64,000 nucleotides of DNA. Origin: Biomphalaria pfeifferi. Taxonomy: Eukaryota. Each line of letters opens with the position of its first letter. Positions within the stretch are counted from its first letter, which is position 1. Positions 22,528 to 34,075 of the stretch are shown here, piece after piece. Made by a program: the position numbers and the translations under genes. The DNA is taken from assembly GCA_030265305.1 (NCBI GenBank), contig JASAOG010000080.1, positions 1,874,630 through 1,938,629 on the forward strand, in the 5' to 3' direction. Under the pieces are notes generated by a model, which was given only the letters and a program-made list of their open reading frames with translations, was not told the origin of the DNA and ran no database searches.

Positions 22528-25155
22528 AAGTATTTTCTTTTTTTGATTATCTTACCCGAAATCCTCGATCGATAGTCTTAGAGTCTTAGTAGAGTTCAGG
22601 ACTATCGATTCGTTACATTTTTTTTCTCCAATTTGTCTTTCCCTTGACTAGTTTTACTGGGAGTCTCCCTACGTGAAAAGTATATAAAACTGCAACCCTA
22701 TCGAACAATTCATAGCGGTTCAATTAAGTTCCATACAGCGAGGTGTCTCCGTAAATCTGACCCTCGGAATGCTAATTACTCGAACACATAGATCAAGATA
22801 TGATCAAAGATATAGTAGAGACTTTTATTTCTATGTATCATAGAAAAAAAAATTGCTTGTGCTTGGGGGGGGGGTACAAAATAGTGGTAAAAGGTGCCGG
22901 GTGGGGAATAGCGAGACCTCAAGGCACGGCGCCTAGATTCCACTGTAATTAAAAGTCTCAAATTTCCCTTTGTCGCAAAAAAAAAATAAAAAAATTGGCT
23001 AGAATTTCGCTACTCAGAAACTCAGAAATCGTATTCACCACCTTGCACCCCCCCCCCTTCGGGCGCCAATGTGTAGAGCCTAGTATATGCATTGATGCAT
23101 TTTCTAACACTTCCAATTCCCACGTTTTTGTTAATATCATAGGCATTTCAAAGTCATGTAAACACTGCTTAAAATAATCTTTATCAAATACTAACAGATA
23201 ATTCTAATCAAAAATTTTAACGCACGTATCGTAGACAAAAAATCAATAGGCTTTGATCCCTAATTTCTTAAATATTGATCAGTTTTTGGTTTGTTATCGG
23301 TAAATTTGAAATCAAGATATACGACTCAGTAGCCAATCAGCGTTAATACAAGAAACAGGCATTACTAGAAATAACAAAACATTGTCAATTTCTGTGTCCC
23401 GTTAAACTATAGAATATAGACCTTGGAGAATTTCCCCGTCACAAAACATGACAATCTTGTGAAAATGGAAATCAGTGTTAGCCTTTTATTAGTTGTACTG
23501 AAGCACCGAAATAAGATAAGATACTTTTTATTGGTCCTATCAAATGGAAATTCAGTTTTGACTACAACTGACCACCTCAGCGTAACTCCTGTAACAATAA
23601 CGATTTAGATGCGAATACGAACAACATTCACACACGAAACACATACACACTCACAACTAGCGCTTCATGAATTCAATGTACTTCTCAGTGACGACCAATG
23701 AGTGTGGAAGAATTCTTGATTTATAAAAAAAACAAAAAAACAAAAACAAAAAACGGACGAACTGTATCAGAAATCTCTGGAAATTGTATGTGGTTATATG
23801 TGAGCTTTTTTTTTTTTTTTTTGTATAAATTTCAACGTAAATAAATAAATTAATCCTCAACTTGCCAGGTATTGCCTATTGGTCACATCTGTGGCCGGGC
23901 AAAAGGCTCTGTAAAGTTTTGTTTCATATGAGTAAGGGAAAAATTTTGTCGTTATTTATTTGTTCATAAAGGTAAACTTATAAATTAGAACAGGTCTCGT
24001 GCTGTCTACAGTATTAATAAAACGAAACGAATTATATTCTTTATTTTTAAACTCTGTGCATATTTGTATATCTCTGTGCCTTTATCGTTCATGTGAATAG
24101 ATTTTATTTTGTCGACACGTCTGTTTCTTTCATACGATACCCTTATGAACAAGATCAATTGAGCTAGTAGTCTGTTAAAATTTAATCAACTGCAACGCTG
24201 ATTGCTTACCCCTGAAAGTCGGAGCTTATAATCTCTATTGAAAGAATAAAATTTGTCAAATGCATAAGGGAGACAATCTTGGCCCCCACAACAAACTTAC
24301 GTGTCAAACTCAAGCAGACGACTTACAAAGACAAACATTTTTTTTTTTACAGCGGCAGTGCTATCTATAGCCTGGGAAAAAACTCGTAGCGGTTTGTATA
24401 GCGTTTGAACTGTATATATTAAAATAATAATAAAAAAAAAACACAGACATAAATCATCTACATACATACTTTTTTTCATTAGCATGTTGTATTTTGTTCA
24501 TACATGTATATGCTTTAGAAGTGGAATTCTGTTGGCAAGTATTTTTTTTTTAAATTCAGGGCATCGCATGTATCGAATGGAACGCTTGAATAGAATATTT
24601 GATTGGGGCTTCACTAGTATCAGCTTAGGAGGGGCAAAAGCGGTGTAATTTATTGATACTGTAAGGCTAGCTGTGTCAATAGCGAACATAAATACTGGGT
24701 TACCCACAAAGCTTAAGATTTAATTCTGTTTTTATTAGATCTAGTGTCTGTGTGACAGTGTGTATGACTATATAGGACATGTTGCGGAGTACAGTGTAAG
24801 CTACACACTTAGGAACTGAAGATTTAGTTGTTTTTTTTTTAATGTATGTAAGATAGTTATTGTCTAGGCACGGTTAAATCAAACATTTTTCAACACAGTT
24901 TGGATATTTTTGTTTTAAAAAGTGTGATGTGCTGTGGTCTCAGACTTTATTCCTTCTATACTGCCGTTGCGAAGTGCAACGATTCAGTTGGATTTTAATG
25001 GAGTCCTAGCCATCAGGATATGTAGGTTTCTTTTCCTTAATAAAACTTTACATTACTAAATAAACTCATTTAATAATATGACGTGCGGATTTATTTTTTT
25101 TTTGGAGTGCCTGCTTTAAAAAGAACTATTTTGTTGTCTCTATTGTTTACTAAAA

Positions 25156-25254
25156 ACCTGTTTACTATAGACCAACACATTTCCTGTTTACTATAGACCA
25201 ACACATTTTCCTGTTTACTATTGACCAACACATTTCCTGTTTACTATAGACGTT
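25156..25254. repeat. Minisatellite, about 28-bp unit (CCTGTTTACTATAGACCAACACATTT), about 3.5 copies
   Basis: Direct tandem repetition is visible in the sequence. Confidence 0.85.
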
Positions 25255-25642
25255 CACCGTTAAAAACAAGCAAACAGCAAAACAAAACATTATTCTTCCA
25301 AATTATTTCCCTTTGGAAGAGAAGTAACTCCACTTTCCAGGATTGACGTCTGTTCCAATGAAAAGATTTATTATCGCATACGTACAAGCAGCACCCCCAC
25401 CCCTCTCCATGCAACTTTGCTTTTATTACATGTAATTCAGGTGTATAGAGCTGTCTACTATGTAGACTGTTATGTTCCCACTCTTTATGTTTGTTATTTA
25501 TGTTTGTATGTAGGCTAAAATTGTAATCTAAACAAGAGAGAAGTGAACAACTAAATTGGCAAACTGAAATAAAGTTTATAAAATAAATTTTAAATAAAGA
25601 CGTGGAGTAGTGCCCACTTTTCAAAAATACCTAATACCAGTG

Positions 25643-25838
25643 GCGTAGCTAGGAATTTGCCATCATTTGGGGACCCGAGGGACTTGGCCTCATTGGGGTT
25701 CCCCAGCATTTTGAGTAATATTTAATGTAAAAAAAAACAATTTCGAACACTCATTTGGGGAACCCCTCTCAAATAGGGCCCCGGGGGATTTTCAAATTCT
25801 CCCCCTCTCCTTCACCCTGGCTACGCCACTGCCAAATA
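25643..25838. mobile_element. hAT-like MITE (about 196 bp) with 14-bp TIRs CAGTGGCGTAGCTAGG / CCTGGCTACGCCACTG and an 8-bp TSD (cctaatac / ccaaatac, 7 of 8 matching)
   Basis: The ends are perfect terminal inverted repeats, and CAGTG conforms to the hAT terminal consensus YARNG. Two further copies lie at 47254-47437 and 49383-49555. Confidence 0.65.
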
Positions 25839-27254
25839 CTTTCAAAGGGTAGGACTAACAATTATTTTGTTTTGTTGGTTTTAGCTTTGTCTTGGCTTGG
25901 CGTACAAAAGTGTTAGTTGGCGTTGCATGGTTTCAAACTTGTGTGCGGTAGGGTCTACTTGTTAAACCTAAACAATGAACAGAGATCATATGAATACATC
26001 CCAGAATCCAAATTTTGTTGTTATCAAGTACGGAGGTAAGTTGGAAATACTTAGCATGAAGCAGGTATAAGGTTACGGTTGTAGAGCCATTGATTGCCGA
26101 GACTATGGTCATGGATTTACATGCTGATATAAATTGGTCATGTACATATCTATTTGGTAGCTATCAAGTTGGTTGGAATAGTGGGGATTAGTAATAGCCT
26201 ACGTCCTAGTATTTTCAGAACAATATCCGATGACCAAAATACCAGAACAATATCCGATGACCAAACTACCACCGTGTTGCCAGAGAAACTTGTTTATGAA
26301 AAGAAAAACAAGGTTACAAACACAGTTTGTGTGGAAACACATACTGAAAATCGGCCCCCGAAGTGGTCCACCCAGGCAGGTAAAATTAAGGCAGGTTTCA
26401 TTTTATGAGATTGATATACATAATGGAGAAAAAAGGTTAACAGATCTCGTGTGGTGCCCCAGCGGTCCAGCAGACCAAAGGATAGGTGAAAGTGAATGTA
26501 AAGTTAGATCTGAACCTGGCCTAACAGATGTCTTATAATGAATATCTAATTGATCTAATTGTTTTGTTAAGAGCCAATTTCTTATTCCTCAAAAATACAA
26601 CATTTCCGTAAAAAATGTGTTCTATAGTAGTCGTAACACTGCAGTTCACGCGATAATATGAAAAGCTACTTATTAATTGTTGTTTTAAATTATGTCTGAC
26701 TTATATGCATACTAAATAGATTTTTTCTCTTTAAAAAAGTAAGAATTTTTGTGAGTGTATGGTTAAATATAGTACTTAGTATAACAAAAATTACATAATT
26801 ATTCGATGCTGGATACTTGCGGGACATTTAGTAGCCTACAATTATAAAAAAAAATTTTGACAAATAATCTACAACTGTTTGCATAAATATGTTAAAAATA
26901 TGGCAGATAGTAGTCCCCTCTAATAAAAAGCCTCAAGTGTTTGTTACTAATAATAGTAAATAGTTGTAAAAGTGGTGTCTTTTTATGAAAAAACTGCTTG
27001 CATAAGTGATTTACAAATTAGATTTTTCGCTTTCAGAATAGAAAAAAGTAGCCGTTGCATCAGAACTTTGAATGGTCTAAAATATTGTGATGTCGGATTT
27101 TCAAGACAGGCCACACAAAACTAATATCGTCTTTTCCCCTTTCGGAGGCCGCTAAAAAACAGAATTCTCTCTTTACGAGATAAATCATCTTAAATCATGA
27201 AACTAATAAATGTCCCGCAAGTATCCAGCATCGAATAATATCGTATTCTTTGCT

Positions 27255-28085
27255 CTGAAGTAGTATCAGCGGTGAAAGTCCTGAAAATAAAAAAAGGGAA
27301 AATCAGCCGGAGTTGACAACATTCTTGGTGAGTTTCTTTACGCTTGAGGAGAAACCATGATGAACGCACTTTTTAAGATTTTCAACAAGATCTGGCAGCC
27401 AGGAGATGACCCAAGTCGTGGACCCAATCACCCATCATCATTCTTGTAAAAAGAGGCAATTTACAACTTTGTCAAAACTACTGCACCATCAGTCCAATAA
27501 GCCATCTCGGCAAAGTCACGTTAAAAACTATATTAAACCTGCGAAAACCGATAGACAAAATTATATCAGAAGCACAAGCCGTTTTTAGACAAGGTCGCAG
27601 CACAACAGAACAAATCCTAAACCTCAGGATTCTCTGCGAGAAATACCTTTTACACCAACAGAATCTTTTTAATGTCTTTATTGATTTCAAGAATGTTTAT
27701 GACAGAATACAGCATATAAATAGGCGGCAATGTAAATAAAACATAAAAAAAGTAATTCAGAACAATCAGGCTACTAGTGCTACTAGGCTACTACTTCAAC
27801 AATAACATTGGGGGCTGGTTTAAAACCACAGTTGGAATGAGACAAGGCTGCCTACTTTCACCAACTCTTTTCAATATTTGAAGGGATAATGGAAAATGCT
27901 CTCGAAGGCTACGAAGGTATTGTAAGCATTGAAAGAAGAAGAATTACCAACATGCGCTTCGTGGACGACATGGTTTAGTAGGTGCAGAAGAAGAACTAGC
28001 TGACTTAGCGATGCCCATAGACTATACTTCCGCAGCATATGGTGGGTTTGGCACAGAAGAATAAATGACGGACAAAAACAACTCG
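27255..28085 (+). mobile_element. RTE-like LINE reverse-transcriptase fragment, riddled with stop codons
   Basis: Conceptual translation gives PGVDNILGEFL...LFKIFNKIWQPGDDPSRG (RT domain 0/1), ...QGRSTTEQILNLRIL (QxGFRxGRST), FIDFKNVYDRI (FxDxxKAFD), and ...ITNMRFVDDMV (xRYADD). Multiple in-frame stops indicate an old pseudocopy. Confidence 0.65.
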
Positions 28086-29849
28086 TAGACCGATTTAGAT
28101 GTATGTCTTGTACACTGAAGACATAGCAAACATACAGTAAAATATAGTCTCAAATTACATATGGGTATAACTCGGTATAAGCCTAAATGGTTAGACCAAG
28201 ATGTACATACAACATCAAAGTCTAAATACTAGATCTAAAAATAAATAAATGTTATAGTGTCAACCAGTGTTCTTTTATAAGAACATAAGAAATGGAACAT
28301 CAGAAACCTTATATAAATTAATGACAAAGTACTTTTCTAAAAATCAATTAGTTGTTCTTGTGACAGGTTAGCGAAAGTGACGTGTGTTTGGCGCGTTTAA
28401 TGTCTAGGGGATGATTAATTTTGAAACTATCACACACCAACCCGTCAGCATATAAATCGGGAGCAGGCACGCAACGAGACAAGCAATGAAAGAAAGATAC
28501 AAAGTTAAAATTGAAGAATATTTATTTACATAAATATTTACATAGAAGAATAAAAAGGGGGAGGGTTTGCATCTATCTCTAATCAATAATATATCTAATC
28601 ATCACTCTTGCACTTAATAGGAGAGTATGTCACTTTGTCTTCTGAACTTAGCTGGTTGTCCTGCTTGGGTCGCAGCTGGCTGAGTCCTGTCTTGAGGTTC
28701 TGCATCTGGAGAAGGCGCTCTAGCGGGTAGAAGGACGCCGGAAATTCAGTTCTTGTGGAGTCTCAATCCAAAATTCTGATATCTGTAGTGGGCACAGTAG
28801 GGCGGGTGGCCGGCTACCATGGGCACAAGTGTACTGCGGACATAGCTGATCTGCCGTGGGCAGCGTAATTAACAGTGAGAAATACACAATGCACTAATTA
28901 AATATAAATGAAATAATAAAATACACTTCATAATATCCAGTGAGAAATATACACAAAGTAATTAAGTGGAACTGTGATTAAGTTCGGCTTACCACCAGGT
29001 ATTCCTCTAAGAGTAAGAATAAATGAAGTGGTCCAGACTCGATTGCTCAACGAGAATGAGAAAATGAGAGGGTCTGGCTTGATTTAATCTACCTTATAAA
29101 GGCCTGGAAAATGTGGGAGGAAACAGGAAATGTCCTAGGCTAAGAATTATCTTACACGTGGGTGAAGTCCAACAAGAGTCGCACCTTGGAGTGTCACGAG
29201 GCGGGTTGACCCAAGTAATCTCTTTGATCAAAGACAGACATTGGAGAGGGGGGGGGAAGAGTGGTTTGTATTCCACCCAAGGTGGAGTCAACCGCGACCG
29301 TCAGACATCCGGCGGGTAAGATCAAAGAGACTGTGTGTTTATCTTTACCCCGGTCAAGGGAAGATAAGTGAAAAGCCGCCAAGGTGGTGGACTCAGTCTA
29401 GTGAGACGAGGAAAAGGTGGGGTGGGTGAAGAAATTGGGGATAGGATGGGGAAATAATTAAAATAAAATGAATAAATAATAATAAATAATAATTAATGAT
29501 AGTTAATGCTGTGATAAAATGAGTAACTCTGACAGCAAGCTTTTGACTTGTCACAGTTCTACATAAAATAAACAAACAAACATTGTTTTAAACGTTTCGC
29601 TCGTCTCCTTGCCATAAAAAAATCAAAGCAATTAAACAGAGCAGATCTACACACTGGTTCTTAAAAACCCGTACCTACACTGTGGTTGAAAAAATACATT
29701 TATAAGATGAACATGTGAGCAGGTCAGGGTGGCGCTACTGAGTGAGGCCCTATTCTGTTATCTGCTACTCAACATTTGTTCATTTTTTTTAGTAGTAGGC
29801 AGATGGTAGCTCTACTGGGTGGGCCCAATCTGTGCACCTCGGTCTGCGA

Positions 29850-30420
29850 CCAAAGGGCTATAGTAGCCTAACCAACCAGACAGCACAATTAAACTAAACT
29901 AAACGAAACTAGCTAACTAAAGATAAAAATAATAAACTGAAATTTTAAAAGGAACTTATATACACTTTTTTTTACAACCAATTTACAAAGCAATAAAAAT
30001 ATAGGTGAATACGAAAATGAAAATAAACTTAGAAATAAACAAAAACTATATATACGCACTACTAAATAATTAATCAACCCTACTTAACTGAACTTAACAA
30101 CTCCACTAACCAAAACCCTCTGCCGCCTCTGGATCTATGTTGCTAAATCTACAACTACAAGCACTAACAAACTATTACTAACTAAACCAACCATCAAATA
30201 ACCTAAATTACCCCAACACTAAACAGTAAGCTACTAGCAGCAGTAAAGCAGAACTACAGCAGACAGGCAGTAAGGCAGCCGAAATAATGGCAGTTAGGCA
30301 GTAATAAAACAACAGCTATAGGGCAACAGTAATAACTGCGGCAGACAGGAATTATAGCAGGTAGTCCACACAGAGCACGTCCACACAGGAACAAGACTAA
30401 AAATAGCTTTCTAACTCACT
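29850..30420. repeat. Strand-asymmetric A/C-rich low-complexity block (AACTAAAC, CAGCAG and GGCAG iterations; nearly T-free on the plus strand)
   Basis: The composition is visibly skewed over about 570 bp: runs of aactaaactaaac...ccaaaaccctctgccgcc...cagtaaagcagaactacagcagacaggcagtaaggcag. Confidence 0.6.
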
Positions 30421-31007
30421 GCTTGGTCACACAGACCAGCTAATCAAGCTTCTGACCAGCGGTCAACACCGGAAAAGGGACAAGACACGGCAGCATCCGT
30501 TCTATTTATAGAGCCAGGTCATGACTCGTCTACACTAACTTTAAAGTTAAAGAGCTGGCGGGAGACAGGCATGCACTCAGCACTAGCCTAGATTGTTTCC
30601 AAAAATTAAAATACAGATATAAATAGATAAAAAATTAGATCTAGGAGCGCCTGCTCACAAACAGTTAACATTCAATATTGGGCCTTTTTTGTCTAGTACA
30701 TGTTCGCAATTCAATAAATGAATTAATTTACATGCTGGTTTTCTAAAAATAAAGATAGTCCAGGGACTACAGGGACAAGTGATGCCGGCAGAGTGGACAG
30801 TGTCCACGTTGGTTTTGCCTTTTAAGTGCGTACACATTTAGGGGAAAAGATCAAGAAATATCCTACCTCACAACACAAATAAATGCCGAAAAAAAACTCA
30901 AATTATGACAATTAGCCAACAAGGATTTAAAGGGACATCTGTTTGAGAATATAAGATAAAAATGCAACGGTTATATATATATATATGTGTGTGTTTTTGT
31001 GTTGCAG

Positions 31008-31094
31008 ACGATAAAGAAGCTCTACTCAACCCCAGGTGTCCGACACAGACGTTTGTTCAATGCATCAGAAGAATCTGTGATTGTGACAATGACA
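31008..31094 (+). CDS. Tentative gene X, exon A (…DKEALLNPRCPTQTFVQCIRRICDCDND)
   Basis: Acceptor tttgtgttgcag| and donor ACA|gtaaga. It is 87 nt with an open frame, and phase 2 in and phase 1 out match the downstream exons. The segment is Cys-rich (C-x7-C-x4-C-x-C). Confidence 0.3.
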
Positions 31095-31859
31095 GTAAGA
31101 GTTTGTTTTAAGACGTATTGGAATTTGAATAGTGGCACATTCATGATAGCCTAGATAATTATAAATCTTTAAATAATTAAATTGTAAGCAGACTTGTTGC
31201 TTCTAGTAATGGTCGTGTGTCGTCATAAAGAGAAGAAAACAACTGTATTTCAATGATATTCAAGTCTGCTATTTTAGTGCTTTTTTTTTGTTGAAGTAGT
31301 CAACAGGCATGTCTAAACCTGGAAAGATAAATTCACCATAATTTACAATTGAAAATTCTTGCTTAGAAAACAAGCAAGCTGAGGTGATGAAATTGTAGTC
31401 AAACGGAATTTCCATTTGAATAAACAAATATCTTATCTATCTTATCTTTGTGGTACCAATATCAAGAATATCTTTTTAACTAGTTATAGCTTTTCAAAAT
31501 CATAACTTGGCAATGAGAAATTCTATAAAGTAGTAAAATAGCCACACTTTAAATATGTGTTTTACCTCCCTCCCTCCTTTTTTTACAAAGATATATCAAC
31601 TCACTCTGCCTGTAATCTACATGTTATTTCTCCCGCACCCAATCTCGGATCAAGTTGAAATTTTGTACTACAGGGACATGTGATGCATCCTTGTACCTGA
31701 CAAAAAAAAAAAAAGAAAAAAGAACCAATAATAAAGCAAAATAACCAATTAGTTAATGAACTATTGCTAATTAATTATTTTCATTTCACTTTTTTAAAAA
31801 AGTGGTACTTGATTTGGTTGATCTTGACGGACAAATAAAAAACTTACCAATGTCTTCAG

Positions 31860-31919
31860 AAGATTATGCATCAGATTACGTCACCGGAAGAGAGACTTAC
31901 GTTGTCATACGTGTGGAAA
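31860..31919 (+). CDS. Tentative gene X, exon B ((K)DYASDYVTGRETYVVIRVE)
   Basis: Acceptor tgtcttcag|A and donor GAAA|gtaagt. It is 60 nt and keeps the phase. Confidence 0.32.
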
Positions 31920-32402
31920 GTAAGTTTTGTTTCGTTTTACTGATTCATACGATTTTTGTTGACTGAATTACGAAAGACACTTTTCATTGTAATGAATTTA
32001 AAAATAAAAAGGAATGCAGCAAATGAAAAGGGGGGGGGGGGAAATGTGGTAGGAAAGATAACACAGGCAATATTTTTAAAAACTAATTTAATTCTATTGC
32101 AAATGTGTGTGTTTGTGTGAAAATATGAACATATTTTCCATATGTGAATGTGTAAATACACACATGCGCACAAGAAATAATCCTAATCTCTGGCATCAAG
32201 AACAATTATAATTCGTTTGAATTTGAAAATATAATATAATATAATCTAAATTAATACCTAAGGCTGCACAGGATTAAATATATAAATCTTTATTGATGTT
32301 ACAGTTAAACATAAAGTTCGTGTGTTGTTACAGTATTATACTGAATGGGGGTGGCGGGTATGTGTACCATTGTGTATAATTATTTCTATGATAAACTTTC
32401 AG

Positions 32403-32477
32403 AGGAAGGTGAAAACGGACCAAACCGATATATTTCTTTACTAAATCATTTAGACAAGATCAACCCAGATTTACTTG
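32403..32477 (+). CDS. Tentative gene X, exon C ((K)EGENGPNRYISLLNHLDKINPDLL)
   Basis: Acceptor aaactttcag|AG and donor CTTG|gtaagt. It is 75 nt and keeps the phase. A 220-bp TA-flanked MITE begins 13 bp into the following intron. Confidence 0.35.
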
Positions 32478-32489
32478 GTAAGTGATTAC

Positions 32490-32712
32490 AGTAGAACGTC
32501 GTTTATCCGACTCAATTGGGACCGGACACCGTTCGGATACGCGATTGTTCGGATAACCGAAAACCGAAGCGATCCATGCAGTATATGCAACCGGACACTA
32601 TACGAATACATGTACATGTGGTTGATAAAAAAAACAAAAAAAAAAAAAAAAAACTGGTCCGGATATTTGACGCTCCGGATAATAAACGTTCGGATAAACG
32701 ACGTTCTACTGT
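32490..32712. mobile_element. Tc1/mariner-like MITE (about 220 bp) with 23-bp perfect TIR ACAGTAGAACGTCGTTTATCCGA, internal TCCGGATA subrepeats, and a putative TA TSD
   Basis: 32491-32513 is the exact reverse complement of 32690-32712. The flanks are ...tta and tat.... It lies 13 bp downstream of the donor site of tentative gene X exon C. Confidence 0.55.
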
Positions 32713-32947
32713 ATGCACACTGTTAAGGTGGATTATTATATTACATATATTATGAGATAAAAGAGTCAGCATGTAAAGTTAGATCTGGAATGCCATCAAA
32801 TCCTTTTTATCAAAGTGATATCTATGGTGCTCGATGGCAAAGTTTTGGTCTGTGGAGTTGAGTGTTGTGTGTATCACTTGCACATTTTAATCAAGGTTTT
32901 TAAGGTGGCAACCTAATTCATCCAGATGAAAATGGTCAGGTCTACTT

Positions 32948-33295
32948 GATATTTATCTTATCTTATCTTATTTTATATAATACAGACGTTACTTCAAAAA
33001 GAAGATGATTACGTCCTACGGGTCATGCATATTAACCAATGACTTAAATTCTGCCAAGTCACTGGTTTTCCTGGCTAGCTCAGGCAACCCATTCCATGCC
33101 CTAATAACACTAGATAAGAAGGGGTATTTGTACAAATTTGTCCTAGCATATGGAACGAGGAATGTGTATTTTTTTTTTTTGTGTCTTTCAGAGTAATTTA
33201 TTAAATTTTGTTTTTGTATTTGAAGATTATGGTTCAGTGTTTTATGTATAATTGTTACTTTACTTTTAAGTCTTCTGTCCTGAAATACAAAAATG
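32948..33295 (-). mobile_element. CR1-like LINE 3'-terminal fragment, copy 2
   Basis: Same family as 17447-17762. It begins with (TCTTA)n on the plus strand, which is the 3' microsatellite tail on the minus strand. Confidence 0.75.
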
Positions 33296-33565
33296 AAAGG
33301 TAGGCATTATGCTGGCTACTTAACTTTTTGTTGGACCTCCAAGTGTAAAAAGGGGAAATTTATTTTCTAAAAACAATCTTACCCTTGATTTGTTAGCTAA
33401 AAGTACTCCATCAGAACAGGTCAATTTTTCTTAGGCCTGTATTAAGTAAACTCAAGCATCAGACCATGAGTGCAGTGGTGGCAAGACAGATGCCAAAGTA
33501 ACTCTTGATATCCATATATGATTAGTTTCATAGTTTGTTGCCACAGCTCAGTATGGGAGAAAAAA

Positions 33566-34075
33566 AAAAGAAGATGATTACATCCTACGGGTCATGCTTC
33601 TAGTCATGCATGTTAACCGATGACCAAAATTCTGACAAGTAACTAATTTTTCTGGCTGGATCAGGCGTCTCATATTATGCACTAATAGCACTAGAAAGAA
33701 GGAGCATTTGTACAAATTTGTTTGAATGTGCCTTTATCTTTGAGTCTTTCTGAGTATTTTTATTAGGTTTTGTTTTTATATTTGAAGGTTATGGTTCAGT
33801 GTTTTATGTAAAATTGCTACTTTACTTTTATGTCTTCTATTCTGAAGGTTTTCCAAATTTAGTGATTTTACTACAGGTGTTACTCTAGTCAAATGTGAAT
33901 ATTCGTTTGTGTTGAATCTTACTGTTCCATTTTGTGTCTGTTCCAGTTTCTTAATGTTTTCTTGAGTTGAGGATGCATGTTCTATTATTGGCCTAACCAA
34001 AGTTAAATAATATTTTAATTTTATGTTCTTATTTGATTTATAGAAACTTTTAAAAATAAACCATAATGCTTTGCT
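33566..34075 (-). mobile_element. CR1-like LINE 3'-terminal fragment, copy 3 (longer; encodes …TLVRPIIEHASS.QENIKKLEQTQNGTVRF.TNEYSHLTRVTPVVKSLNLENLQNRRHKSKVAIL…)
   Basis: Minus-strand ORF 33776-34123 carries the canonical CR1-clade ORF2 C-terminal motif. It abuts the L2 element on the plus strand. Confidence 0.78.

Noticed and set aside
25244-25624. 126-aa minus-strand ORF
   Set aside because: AT-rich, low-complexity translation with no splice context or similarity. It overlaps the minisatellite at 25156-25254.
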